Made by a program: the position numbers and the translations under genes | Notes under the pieces: generated by a model | The model's input: the letters and a program-made list of their open reading frames with translations, nothing else | The model's database searches: none | What the model was told of the DNA's origin: nothing | From: Methanobacteriota archaeon | GTDB taxonomy: Archaea > Thermoplasmatota > Thermoplasmata > SG8-5 > JAGLSY01 | Direction: 5' to 3' | NCBI GenBank assembly: GCA_020697715.1 | Contig: JAEHCO010000003.1 | Location: forward strand, 128,001 to 192,000 | Length of the DNA: 64,000 bases | Shown: in pieces, positions 18,277-27,880 of the stretch | Numbering within the stretch: position 1 is the first letter of the stretch | How the letters are laid out: every line of letters begins with the position of its first letter

Positions 18277-20046
18277 TCAGTATCCGGCTTTGATGTTCTC
18301 AACCATGGCGAGGCATTCGTTCATCTTATCAAATGATTCCTTGAATTTCCTTTCTTCAAGGAGTTTTTTCGCCATGCTGACCGAATCTATTATTCGATCC
18401 ACATTCTGGCCTTGTATCTTCATGTCCCTGGCCATTTGAGCTATAAGCCCTAGATCTTCATTGGCCTTATTGACGAAGGCCTCTTCTATCTGTCTTCGTC
18501 CCTGTTTCATGAGGGCGACTGCTCCATGCAAGTTCTGTTTCTTGCTCTCATTGACCCCCTGGGCGATGATCTTCTTCTGAGGCAATACGTCTATGGATAA
18601 TTCCTTGGCAAGTAATAGAAGCGGCTTAATGGCACCTGCGTGAATAGCGAGACTTCTCTTCAGAACCTTTGGATCCTCTTCAGGTTCTGGCTCCGGTTCT
18701 GCCTCCATGACCTCGATGGTTTCCTCGACGATCTCTTCCTCTTCCGGAACTTCTTCTTCTTCCACGGTTTCGTATATGACTTCCTCTTCCGGAACTTCTT
18801 CTTCCACGGTTTCGTATATGACTTCCTCTTCCGGAATTTCTTCTTCCACGGTTTCGTATATGACTTCCTCTTCCGGAACTTCTTCTTCAATGAATTCTGG
18901 TGCTGCGACCTCAGGTTCTTCAGTTTCCTGGAATTCTTCCACGGTCTCGTATGTGGTTGTTTCTTCTTCCGTGGGATCATCAACTTCTTCGTTCTCTGGT
19001 ACATCAGATAGGATATCATCATCTTCGACATCCTCCAATGATCCGGATTCTATCGTGGAAGGTTGGATGGCTTCAAGGACATCCGTATCTGACATCTCTC
19101 CATCATCCAGATCATCTATGTCCTCATATGAAGGTAATTCAAATCCCTGGGATGAAATAACATGTGAATAGCAATCTGCGGCTTTCATTGGCTCGCTCAT
19201 CTTATTGTATACCTCGGCCTTGGATATCCAGGCATTTTGATATCCATCATCTATCTCCAGAGATTTATCAAAGGATGCCAGTGCCATATCGAACTCTTCC
19301 ATCTTCATGAGGGTCGAACCTCGTGCGTACCACAGCTCTTTATTGCTAGGATCCTCCTTTAGTTTTGTATCGTAATATGCCAGAGCCATCACATCTGGGT
19401 CATCACCATCAGCTCCCTGTTCCTGATGGTCGCGTAGTGTTGTGCCACATTCATAGCATCGGAATTCGAATGAGCTCACGATCGTATTGCATAGAGGGCA
19501 TGCATTCTCTTCCTCTATCTGAGCAAGATCCAGCTCCTTGCTTCTGATCTCTTCAAGGTCAATATCCCTCAGAGCTGTTTTGATCTCTCCAGCTGATTTT
19601 CGGCCTATGCCTTTTATCTTGACCAATTCCATTACAGAAGCTCTTTTCAGCTTCCTCAGATCTCCGTAGCCAGCGCCCAGAAGGATCTCCGCTCTAAGAG
19701 GTCCGACACCTGGAAGTTTTAGAAGATCTTCCATCTCCTTATCTATGTTCTCAGGGTCAAAGGTTCCACTGAGATTTAGATCATCAATATCCATATCTGG
19801 GTCAGGTTCCGAGAGAATGATCTCTTCCTCATCTGGCTCTTCGATAGTTTCATACTCATCATCCGAGGCCATTCCGATGCGGGTGCCACATTCATTACAG
19901 ATATTCTCCCCTTGTGGGACTATGTTTCCGCAGTCCGGGCACTCTACTGGCTCGGGTGCGGTGAAAACAGTTCCACATATGCTACAAGTTCCCTCATTAG
20001 CATTGATGGAGCCACCACAAATGGGACAATTATCACCAGACGTCAC
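18277..20046 (-). CDS. Multi zinc-ribbon / helix-hairpin-helix / TPR protein with acidic repeats
   Basis: Three pairs of CxxC motifs, HhH motifs LPGVGP and IKGIG, TPR-like LWYARG/AWISKA and EEEVIYETV repeats. Confidence 0.75.
   Translation of the reverse strand: MTSGDNCPICGGSINANEGTCSICGTVFTAPEPVECPDCGNIVPQGENICNECGTRIGMASDDEYETIEEPDEEEIILSEPDPDMDIDDLNLSGTFDPENIDKEMEDLLKLPGVGPLRAEILLGAGYGDLRKLKRASVMELVKIKGIGRKSAGEIKTALRDIDLEEIRSKELDLAQIEEENACPLCNTIVSSFEFRCYECGTTLRDHQEQGADGDDPDVMALAYYDTKLKEDPSNKELWYARGSTLMKMEEFDMALASFDKSLEIDDGYQNAWISKAEVYNKMSEPMKAADCYSHVISSQGFELPSYEDIDDLDDGEMSDTDVLEAIQPSTIESGSLEDVEDDDILSDVPENEEVDDPTEEETTTYETVEEFQETEEPEVAAPEFIEEEVPEEEVIYETVEEEIPEEEVIYETVEEEVPEEEVIYETVEEEEVPEEEEIVEETIEVMEAEPEPEPEEDPKVLKRSLAIHAGAIKPLLLLAKELSIDVLPQKKIIAQGVNESKKQNLHGAVALMKQGRRQIEEAFVNKANEDLGLIAQMARDMKIQGQNVDRIIDSVSMAKKLLEERKFKESFDKMNECLAMVENIKAGY
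18740..18888 (-). repeat. 42-nt tandem repeat (about 3.5 copies) encoding EEEVPEEEVIYETV
   Basis: CTTCCACGGTTTCGTATATGACTTCCTCTTCCGGAA recurs three times in tandem. Confidence 0.9.
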
Positions 20047-20151
20047 AATACCCAGTATGTGATATATAAATAATATACTTTTCTCCTATGGGTATTTAAT
20101 ATTTTTCATTGCTCAAGCTTGAGCAATGGAAAATCCAAATAATATGGAAAG

Positions 20152-20268
20152 TGCCCGAACCGGAATTCGAATCCGGGTCAAAAGCTCCGCAAGCTTTCAG
20201 GATATCCTTTGTAGGAGCAACACGAAGCCTCGCAAGGCGAAGTGATGCTCTAGCTACCCCATTCGGGC
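20152..20268 (-). tRNA. tRNA-Arg(GCG) with a 43-nt non-canonical intron in the D-loop (20209-20251)
   Basis: Acceptor GCCCGAA/TTCGGGC; anticodon arm AAAGC-TT GCG GA-GCTTT; T arm CCGGA-TTCGAAT-TCCGG. Removing the insert at the BHL cut sites gives D arm GGGTAGCTAGGATATCCT and a 74-nt tRNA. Confidence 0.9.
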
Positions 20269-20349
20269 GTATTGAATCATCCCAAAGCTAATACCACAAT
20301 CTTTAGATTTTTAGATATAGAGTGATTGTGGTTAGCTTTGGTTGATTTC

Positions 20350-20430
20350 AATAAGGGCTCACTATCCTCAGTTCATCTTTACAGATTAACTGAGAGGATA
20401 CCCACGGCTGAAGCCGGGGAGCCCTCATTG
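20350..20430. repeat. Structured palindromic element (family C)
   Basis: AATAAGGGCTC...GAGCCCTCATTG closes two inner hairpins. The same basal stem occurs at 6088-6132 on the minus strand. Confidence 0.5.
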
Positions 20431-20522
20431 GCCTTGAAATGCGAACCTGTTTATGAATGTTTGTGTGGCTCATTATATCCAGACATGATCTTCTTACATG
20501 TCTTTCGGCAGTATCGGCCTCA

Positions 20523-21002
20523 TCAGCCCAGCTTATTTCGCGTATATGCTAACAACCCACCAGCATCTCTAATGGCCAGTATCTCTTTGGGCAGTAAGGG
20601 GAAATTGAACTTCTGGCCGTCGATGATGATCTCGCCAGCATCGATGTCCATCTCCACCTCAGCACCTTCTTTGTAGGCCTGTACCGCTTCTGGACATTCG
20701 ATGAGCACCAGACCTTGATTGATGGCCGCCCGGTAGAATATCCTGGCATAGCCCTCGGCCACAATGGCCTTGATACCTATTGCCTTGAATCCCACAGTTG
20801 GCTGTTCACGGCTGGATCCGCAACCGAAGTTCCGGCCTGCGAATATTATGTCGCCGGCTTTCGCACCCTTGGCGAAGTCCGGGTCCAGGTCCTCCAGCAT
20901 ATGTGGTAGTATCTCCTCGGCTGTTCCACAAGTGTAGGTGTACTTGCCGGGAAATAGCATATCGGTGTTCACGCTGTCTCCGTATTTCCAAACTTTACTC
21001 AT
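20523..21002 (-). CDS. leuD: 3-isopropylmalate dehydratase/homoaconitase-type small subunit
   Basis: YGDSVNTD, NFGCGSSREQ, ARIFYR and AGGLL. Substrate not determinable. Confidence 0.85.
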   Translation of the reverse strand: MSKVWKYGDSVNTDMLFPGKYTYTCGTAEEILPHMLEDLDPDFAKGAKAGDIIFAGRNFGCGSSREQPTVGFKAIGIKAIVAEGYARIFYRAAINQGLVLIECPEAVQAYKEGAEVEMDIDAGEIIIDGQKFNFPLLPKEILAIRDAGGLLAYTRNKLG

Positions 21003-21003
21003 T

Positions 21004-22266
21004 TCACACCACCGTCCTTGGGTCTGTAATTCTGCCATTGATCGCCGAAGCCGCCACGGTCTCCGGGGAAGCCAGGTATATCTCGGCTTCCTTGCACCCC
21101 ATCCTTCCCTTGAAGTTGCGATTGGCCGTGCTTATACATTTCTCTCCGGGAGCCAGCACGCCTTGATGAGCTCCAAGGCAAGGTCCACAGCCAGGTGGTA
21201 ATATCACACCGCCTGCTTCGCTCAGTGTCTTGATGATGCCCATGTCCAGTGCCTCTTCGTATATCTTCCTGGAGGCTGGCAGTACCAGTAATCTTGTATC
21301 CGGGTGGACTTTTTTGCCCTTCAGGATATTGGCCGCGGCCACCAGATCCGATAGGCGGCCATTGGTGCATGTTCCGATAAGGCATTGGTCCACCTTTGTG
21401 TCTGATAGATCCTTTGCCAGGCATTTATTGTCAACCTGGTGAGGGCAAGCGACCACTGGCTCGATAGCCGAGAGATCGTATTCCTTCTCCATGTAATATT
21501 CAGCGTCATCATCTGCCCAAACCGCATCATAATCAGATGGAGCCAGTCCTATTGAATTGAGATATTCCACAGCCACTTTATCAACTGGGAAGGTGGCATT
21601 TTTTGCCCCCATCTCGATACCCATATTGGATATGACGAATCGGTCTTCAATTGAAAGCTGACCGATATCTCCCCAGAACTCGACCGAGCAATAGGTTGCT
21701 CCATCGGCGGCTATATCGCCGATGATGTGCAGGATTATGTCCTTGGCCGATACTCCTTTCTGCAACTGGCCTTTCAATGTCATCTTGATGGTCTTGGGAA
21801 CCTTGAGCCATGTCTCTCCGGTCAGAATGAGGGACGCGGCCTCGGTTCTGTCGATGCCAGTTGAAAAACATCCAACAGCTCCATATGAACATGTATGCGA
21901 ATCACTTCCAAGAACTATTCCGCCAGGCAATGCCAGTCCCTTCTCAAAGACTATCTGATGGCAGATGCCATGACCGACATCGAAGAAATTCTCGATGTCG
22001 AATTTCTTCACGAATTTCCGTATGTCTTGATGATTGGTAGCTGTCTTCTCGCTGGCCGCTGGTGCGACATGATCTATAACTATGACTGGAAGCTGTTTGC
22101 TTACCACGCCATGCTTATCCAGGTCATCTTTTATCTTGGCGGTTATTGCCGCGGCATTATCGTGCATCAGGAGATGGTCTGGCTTGATCATCACGATCTG
22201 ACCGGGAACAACCGAATCGTTCCCGGATCTCTTTGCCAGCACCTTCTCCGCAAAGGTTTTTCCCAT
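21004..22266 (-). CDS. leuC: 3-isopropylmalate dehydratase/homoaconitase-type large subunit
   Basis: GICHQ, GSDSHTC, IGTCTNGR, PGCGPCLG and STANRNFKGRMG. Confidence 0.88.
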   Translation of the reverse strand: MGKTFAEKVLAKRSGNDSVVPGQIVMIKPDHLLMHDNAAAITAKIKDDLDKHGVVSKQLPVIVIDHVAPAASEKTATNHQDIRKFVKKFDIENFFDVGHGICHQIVFEKGLALPGGIVLGSDSHTCSYGAVGCFSTGIDRTEAASLILTGETWLKVPKTIKMTLKGQLQKGVSAKDIILHIIGDIAADGATYCSVEFWGDIGQLSIEDRFVISNMGIEMGAKNATFPVDKVAVEYLNSIGLAPSDYDAVWADDDAEYYMEKEYDLSAIEPVVACPHQVDNKCLAKDLSDTKVDQCLIGTCTNGRLSDLVAAANILKGKKVHPDTRLLVLPASRKIYEEALDMGIIKTLSEAGGVILPPGCGPCLGAHQGVLAPGEKCISTANRNFKGRMGCKEAEIYLASPETVAASAINGRITDPRTVV

Positions 22267-22282
22267 TATGAATCACTCCATC

Positions 22283-22861
22283 TCACTCGTTGATCAAATT
22301 GCCCTTTGTTATCATGACCAGTGGATTGAAAGTGGCGAAATCCGCCTGATGTACCAGCACGGTCTCTATGACCTGTGGCCTGCCATCGCCTTCCTTGGCA
22401 TGGCATCCTATGACATTGACAATTTCCTCAGGCAATCCTATCTCATCGGCCAGGATAGCTCCGGATATTGGGTGTCTGGCACACTTTCCAGCATGGCTTT
22501 TCCTGTATCCGCCTTGTCCATCCTTCTCGAACTCCATGAGCTTGCCGACATCATGGAGAATTCCTCCGGCTATGAGCCGATCATAATCAATTCCATAGGG
22601 CATGTTGGCATAGTGCTTTTCCTGGGCCTTTGCCAACTGTAGTGCGCCCTCGGTAACTGCTAGGGTATGCTCGATGAAGTTAACGCCCTTACAATCCGTC
22701 AGTAGTGTGAAGGGCATTGCCTTCAGCTCGTCCACACTCTGCCAGTTGCCTCTCTCGCAACCGATCACCCAGGCCTTGACAGTGCCTTCGCGGATGTTCT
22801 CGTCCTTGATCATTGACAGGTATGGGCCAAATAATTCTTCGATATCGCTTTTGCTTATCAT
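22283..22861 (-). CDS. HD-domain (HDIG) phosphohydrolase
   Basis: IEHT, ILHDVGK, RHP.SG and HQADF. Confidence 0.85.
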   Translation of the reverse strand: MISKSDIEELFGPYLSMIKDENIREGTVKAWVIGCERGNWQSVDELKAMPFTLLTDCKGVNFIEHTLAVTEGALQLAKAQEKHYANMPYGIDYDRLIAGGILHDVGKLMEFEKDGQGGYRKSHAGKCARHPISGAILADEIGLPEEIVNVIGCHAKEGDGRPQVIETVLVHQADFATFNPLVMITKGNLINE

Positions 22862-22942
22862 GATTAATCATCTCCTTTCTGAGACTTTCAGGTTTTACCT
22901 GAAACAATAAAGGGGTTAATGAATGTTGGTATTTATCCTATA

Positions 22943-23812
22943 TCAGCTGATGACCAATTCCTTTTCCAGCTTCTTCCAGATATCCTTTATATCAGCGGCC
23001 AGCTGACCAACAGAGAATTCCACCACCGTTTTCTCATCCATCATGGCCCTGGTGGCTGTTTCGTCATAGGCCAGTTTTCCGATAACCCCAATTCCCTCTG
23101 CCTTGCAGAACTCGATTATGTCGGCTGTATTCTCTTCATTGATATCGTATTTGTTTATGCAAGCCACCGTGGGAACCTGAAAATGTCTGGCAACCTCGAT
23201 CATCCTCTTTGCATCATGTATGCCAGACAGTGTGGGCTCTATGACTATAAGAACAAGATCAACGCCAGTTATCGAAGCGATGACCGTACATCCGGTTCCT
23301 GGCGGTCCATCAATGATAATGAGATCATTTTCTTCTTTTTCGGCTATCTTCCTGGCCTTCTCCCTTACCAGGGCAACCAGCTTGCCAGTTGCTTCCTCAC
23401 CTGGATGCATCTTCGCATGTACCATCTTTCCAAACCTGGTATCCGATACATAGGATTCGCCAGCCACTCTTTGGACCATTTTGATGGCTCCAACTGGACA
23501 TACCAGTTCGCAGACAGCGCACCCTTCGCATTTTTCGAGATGCAGAGTATTGTCGGAGTCAAATGAACTATATCTGCAATTATCATAACATAGGCCACAA
23601 TCCGTGCAGATATCATCATTCTTCTGCGCGACATTCAGGCCGTGAAAGTTCTCACTGCTTCTAATTTGAGGATGGAGCAGTAGGTGCATGTCCGCGGCAT
23701 CAACATCTGCATCGACTATCACGAGGTTCTTAGCCAGTGCTGTAAAGGCGGCTGTAAGGGTGGTCTTTCCAGAACCACCCTTTCCGCTTATAATCGTGAT
23801 CTGTTTGACCAT
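22943..23812 (-). CDS. MinD-superfamily P-loop ATPase with inserted ferredoxin domain
   Basis: SGKGGSGKT, DADVDA, two CxxCxxCxxxC motifs, DGPPGTGC and EPT.SG.HD. Confidence 0.9.
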   Translation of the reverse strand: MVKQITIISGKGGSGKTTLTAAFTALAKNLVIVDADVDAADMHLLLHPQIRSSENFHGLNVAQKNDDICTDCGLCYDNCRYSSFDSDNTLHLEKCEGCAVCELVCPVGAIKMVQRVAGESYVSDTRFGKMVHAKMHPGEEATGKLVALVREKARKIAEKEENDLIIIDGPPGTGCTVIASITGVDLVLIVIEPTLSGIHDAKRMIEVARHFQVPTVACINKYDINEENTADIIEFCKAEGIGVIGKLAYDETATRAMMDEKTVVEFSVGQLAADIKDIWKKLEKELVIS

Positions 23813-23813
23813 A

Positions 23814-24662
23814 TTATTCCACCCCCTGGGTTTTGACGATCTCTTTTATTTTATCATAGATCTTAATGAACTCCTGTTTGAACTCTGGGATTCCTTCAAC
23901 AATTGGAATTCCTTTCGAGTACAACTTGGCGATATCCAGGTCATTGGGGATGGTGGCCAAGAGTGGAATACCATCTTCTTCACAAAATATCTCCACTCTA
24001 TTATCACCTATTCCAGCCCGATTTATCACGACTCCAAAAGGCGTTCCGATATTCCTTACCACGTCCACAGCCAGTTTTAGATCATGCAATCCAAAAGGTG
24101 TTGGCTCGGTCACCAGAATGACAAAATCCGAATCACTCATGGCCTCCACCGCAGGGCACGCTGTACCTGGTGGGGAATCAAAAATGATATTCTTATCTGG
24201 AGAAGCCAATTCCTTGACCGCTTTGATTATTGGAACTCCAAAAGGCTCTCCGATCTTAAGAAGGCCATGGTACAGTTCCATTTCTTCCATACCCCCTTTT
24301 TCTATGATGCCCAGCACATGTTCTGTCTCGGATACTGCGTCATTCGGGCATATGATCTTGCACCCTCCACAGCCATGACAAAGCTCCTCAAAGAAGAGTA
24401 ATTTATTTTTGATGATAGCTATGGCATTGTATTGGCAGAATTCCGCACATTTCCCACATCTATCACATTTTTCCAGATCGAACCTGGGTATTGGAATTCC
24501 AATTTCCCTGACCCTTTCCATGGGCTCCTTGAAGAATAGATGGCAATTCGGCTCCTCCACATCACAATCTATGAGCATGGCATTATCCATGCTCAATGCT
24601 AGATTGACCGATATAGTGGTCTTGCCAGTTCCTCCTTTTCCACTGGCTACGGATATTTTCAT
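23814..24662 (-). CDS. MinD-superfamily P-loop ATPase with inserted ferredoxin domain (paralog)
   Basis: SGKGGTGKT, DCDVEEPN, ferredoxin motifs, DSPPGTACP and TEPTPFGLHDL; start ATG 24662. Confidence 0.9.
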   Translation of the reverse strand: MKISVASGKGGTGKTTISVNLALSMDNAMLIDCDVEEPNCHLFFKEPMERVREIGIPIPRFDLEKCDRCGKCAEFCQYNAIAIIKNKLLFFEELCHGCGGCKIICPNDAVSETEHVLGIIEKGGMEEMELYHGLLKIGEPFGVPIIKAVKELASPDKNIIFDSPPGTACPAVEAMSDSDFVILVTEPTPFGLHDLKLAVDVVRNIGTPFGVVINRAGIGDNRVEIFCEEDGIPLLATIPNDLDIAKLYSKGIPIVEGIPEFKQEFIKIYDKIKEIVKTQGVE

Positions 24663-24687
24663 TGTATCACGCTTCATCTTTTCAATA

Positions 24688-25104
24688 TTAATTCCCGCAG
24701 CCTCCGCCATGATCATGACCCTGCCCATCTCCATGCCCTTCACCCCTGAAGGCATGTTGTGCACAGGCTGAATCCTGAGTGGCCTTGGTAAGTTTCTCGC
24801 TCATGTATAGGCCTATGGCATCCTCCACGGTTCCAGTGGCACCCATGTAAACACAAATGCCCGCCTGTTCGAACATTTGTATGGCCTTCTTGCCCAAGCC
24901 ACCACAGAGCATGATGTCCACTCCCAGCTTCGCGATGTTCTCGGCTGGATAGCCAGTCCCTCCTGTGTGAGAGCTGTTATTAGGTACTACTTTGACATCC
25001 TGCGTCTCGCTGTCATATATCGTGTATGTTGGAACTCGTCCAAAATGCTCGCCCACTTGCTCCTCCAGTCCTTTCTCTCCCATTGTCGGTATACATATTT
25101 TCAT
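24688..25104 (-). CDS. NifB/NifX family protein with a His/Gly-rich tail
   Basis: HFGRVP and CGGLG motifs; C-terminus GHGDGQGHDHGGGCGN. Confidence 0.85.
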   Translation of the reverse strand: MKICIPTMGEKGLEEQVGEHFGRVPTYTIYDSETQDVKVVPNNSSHTGGTGYPAENIAKLGVDIMLCGGLGKKAIQMFEQAGICVYMGATGTVEDAIGLYMSEKLTKATQDSACAQHAFRGEGHGDGQGHDHGGGCGN

Positions 25105-25114
25105 ATTAGATCAC

Positions 25115-25489
25115 CTACCTTCTACCGCCCATGCCGGCATGGGAGCCGACATTCGCGCTATTTGCCTCCTCCAATTCTCCATTCTTGAATTTCTGTATCA
25201 TATCTTTGATAATGCCATTTGAACCTGTCAGAACCCTAATCCCAGCTGCCTCAAGGGCCTGGTATGCATTGGGTCCAACATTCCCTGTTATAAGCACTTC
25301 CACTCCTTTCTTGGATATTGCCTGTGCGGCTTGTGGTCCAGCCCCACCACTGGCATTCGCACTCTCATTGCTCACGGCCTCGAACTCCATTGTGTCTGGA
25401 TCAACTATTATGAAATAAACACATCTTCCAAACCTGGTGTCCACTTCAGATTCAAGGTCTTTGCCTTTTGATGTCATTGCGATCTTCAT
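25115..25489 (-). CDS. NifB/NifX family protein
   Basis: RFGRC, GGAG.QAAQ and ITGNVGPNA. Confidence 0.88.
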   Translation of the reverse strand: MKIAMTSKGKDLESEVDTRFGRCVYFIIVDPDTMEFEAVSNESANASGGAGPQAAQAISKKGVEVLITGNVGPNAYQALEAAGIRVLTGSNGIIKDMIQKFKNGELEEANSANVGSHAGMGGRR

Positions 25490-25493
25490 TAGA

Positions 25494-26831
25494 TCACCTC
25501 ATGTTCTTTATCGCATTCTCTGAAGCATTTACCAGTTGGTAGGCTATGGGCGATGCTGTGACTGCTGGATGTGTTCCGATCTGGAAAGTGGCCAGGTCAT
25601 CAAAGGTCATCTTTTTCTGAATGCAGGCGCTTACGGTGTTTATCAATTCTCCAGCACTGGAGCCACCTCGTATCTGACCCCCAATTATTTCACCAGTTCT
25701 CTTATTAAATGTTAATTTGACCTTCATCTTCGACATGCCAGGCATTCCACCAGGATGTCTATTTGGAGCTTCTGCTTCACCACATGTTATCTCATAACCC
25801 CTTTCTTTTGCGAGGTCTTCTGTTAGGCCAGCCATGGCAAATACCTTATCTCCGATGGCAGTTGAGAATACTCCAACAGCTCCGTAATTGTGCCTTCTGG
25901 GACTGAAAAGATTGGCTCCAGCTATCCTGGCTTCCATTGTCGCTATTGATGCAAGTCTTAACCCTATCTGCCTTCCTGTGAAGAAAGATGTCTTGCTTGT
26001 ACAATCCCCGCAAGCGAAGATATTGTCATCCGAGGTTCTCATATTCTTGTCTACAACTATTCCTCCTCGATTCACATCAAGGCCTGCATCTGCTGCTAAT
26101 TTTGAATTTGGCTTGACACCAACTCCCACTATCAAAAGATCCGCCTTCAATTCCTGACCATTGGATAATCTAACACTGGAAATTGACTCGTCTCCATTGA
26201 CCTCTTCAAGCTTGACACCTGTTATGATATTCACGCCTCTTTCCTTCAGAGCCTCTCCAGCCTCGATACACAGATCCTCCTCGAAGGCCAGCATCAGACA
26301 ATGTGGCATAAGCTCAACAATTGTCACATTCGCATCTCTGTTCTTCTTGCATTCATCAGCGAACTCGACACCGATGAATCCGCCACCCAGTATCACGATG
26401 TCCTTTGCATCGTTCACTGCATCCAGCATCTTGTTAAGATGATTCACTTCCTTTTTCACGGTGAAGACATTCTTCTTATCCAACCCAGGTATCGGCAGAT
26501 CAAGAGGCTCCGAGCCTATAGCCATGATGAGCTTGTCATATCTCACTTCTTCGCCATTAGCTGTGCTTACTATCTTCTGAGTTTTGTCTATACTCTTTAC
26601 CTCGTCTATCAATAACTCTATTTCATTGTTGGACAGAACACCATCTGGTATCATATTGTTGTCAGGGGAATTCACGGTCCCATAGATATATGGAATTCCA
26701 CAGGGTATCTGGACCTGCTTTTCTTTCCTTATCAACATTACATTCTTTTCTGGATAGTGCCTACGGCAAGTTATGGCCGCGGGTATTCCAGCTGCGCTCC
26801 CTCCGATAACTACTACATCTGTTTGTTTCAT
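25494..26831 (-). CDS. FAD-dependent pyridine nucleotide-disulfide oxidoreductase (NADH oxidase/CoA-disulfide reductase family)
   Basis: GGSAAG, active-site PCGIPY, GGGFIGVE and IFACGDC; start ATG 26831. Confidence 0.85.
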   Translation of the reverse strand: MKQTDVVVIGGSAAGIPAAITCRRHYPEKNVMLIRKEKQVQIPCGIPYIYGTVNSPDNNMIPDGVLSNNEIELLIDEVKSIDKTQKIVSTANGEEVRYDKLIMAIGSEPLDLPIPGLDKKNVFTVKKEVNHLNKMLDAVNDAKDIVILGGGFIGVEFADECKKNRDANVTIVELMPHCLMLAFEEDLCIEAGEALKERGVNIITGVKLEEVNGDESISSVRLSNGQELKADLLIVGVGVKPNSKLAADAGLDVNRGGIVVDKNMRTSDDNIFACGDCTSKTSFFTGRQIGLRLASIATMEARIAGANLFSPRRHNYGAVGVFSTAIGDKVFAMAGLTEDLAKERGYEITCGEAEAPNRHPGGMPGMSKMKVKLTFNKRTGEIIGGQIRGGSSAGELINTVSACIQKKMTFDDLATFQIGTHPAVTASPIAYQLVNASENAIKNMR

Positions 26832-26932
26832 CCATCTAACCTTCTTAACGATTTTTAACACTGTTATTAACAGCGTTACGTACAATGGCCGATGGTTTAT
26901 AAAACCCTACGATAATGATAGTTAAGTTTTAA

Positions 26933-27760
26933 TCAATTCCTCGAATCCTCAATGTTCTTGATTATATCCATGAAGGCTTTGGCAGAATCCGTATTTCCCT
27001 TAACAACTGGATTACCAGAATCACCCATGATCACCATTTGTGGGTCAACAGGAACTGCTCCCAGGAAAGCGACATCCATTTCTTTGGCTGTTCTTTCTCC
27101 TCCACCTATCTTGAAAAGGTCTATGGTCTCCGAGCAATGAGGGCATTTGAAACCACTCATGTTCTCGATTATCCCGAGAACCGGCATCTTCAAGGCTCTT
27201 GCGAAGCTCACTGATTTTCTCGAATCCAGAAGGGCAACATCCTGAGGCGTTGAGACGATGATCGCCTCGGCCTGGGGTATCTTCTGGGCAATACTGAGAG
27301 GTTCGTCCCCTGTTCCGGGTGGTAGATCCACGACCAGGTAGTCTAATTCACCCCAATTGAAATCTCCCAAGAACTGATCGATAAGCTGCATCTTCATAGC
27401 CCCTCTCCATATGACTGGTGCATCTTTATCCGGAAGCAGGAAGGCCATGGACAATACGCTGAGATTATCTGATACTTTGATGGGCTTCAGTGTTTCATCA
27501 TCCAATTCCAGTTCTCTATCTTCTATGCCCAGCATCTTCGGAACATTAGGTCCATGAATATCAACATCCATGAGACCGACCTTATAGCCTTGGTCTGCAA
27601 GACCTGTGGCCAGGTTCACGGCTACAGTGGTCTTTCCAACCCCGCCTTTTCCGCTCATTATTATCAGCTTGTTCTTGATCTTGCTGATATTGTACATAAT
27701 TCTTGCATTCAGTTCCGCTGCTTCTTTGTTGGGTGCGCCCATACCACATGATTCTGCCAT
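26933..27760 (-). CDS. mrp: Mrp/ApbC/NBP35 Fe-S cluster carrier ATPase
   Basis: SGKGGVGKT, DVDIHGPN, VIWRG, DLPPGTGDE and ENMS.FKCPHC. Confidence 0.93.
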   Translation of the reverse strand: MAESCGMGAPNKEAAELNARIMYNISKIKNKLIIMSGKGGVGKTTVAVNLATGLADQGYKVGLMDVDIHGPNVPKMLGIEDRELELDDETLKPIKVSDNLSVLSMAFLLPDKDAPVIWRGAMKMQLIDQFLGDFNWGELDYLVVDLPPGTGDEPLSIAQKIPQAEAIIVSTPQDVALLDSRKSVSFARALKMPVLGIIENMSGFKCPHCSETIDLFKIGGGERTAKEMDVAFLGAVPVDPQMVIMGDSGNPVVKGNTDSAKAFMDIIKNIEDSRN

Positions 27761-27880
27761 TTTCCATTCCTCCAAGATACATTTGAGTATACCTGGTATC
27801 AACCCGTCAAAGTATTTATTATTATAACCTTAACGCCATTAACAATATTAAATAATTAATAAAAAGTGTGGGGTCGACCA

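Noticed and set aside
18740-18888. CRISPR-like or non-coding repeat
   Set aside because: The units are contiguous, are multiples of 3 and lie in frame within a protein.
22862-22907. Possible further family B cassette upstream of the HD-domain gene
   Set aside because: It has two hairpins with GGAG in the second, but no TGAAT/ATTCA stem and no short coupled ORF, so it is left unassigned.
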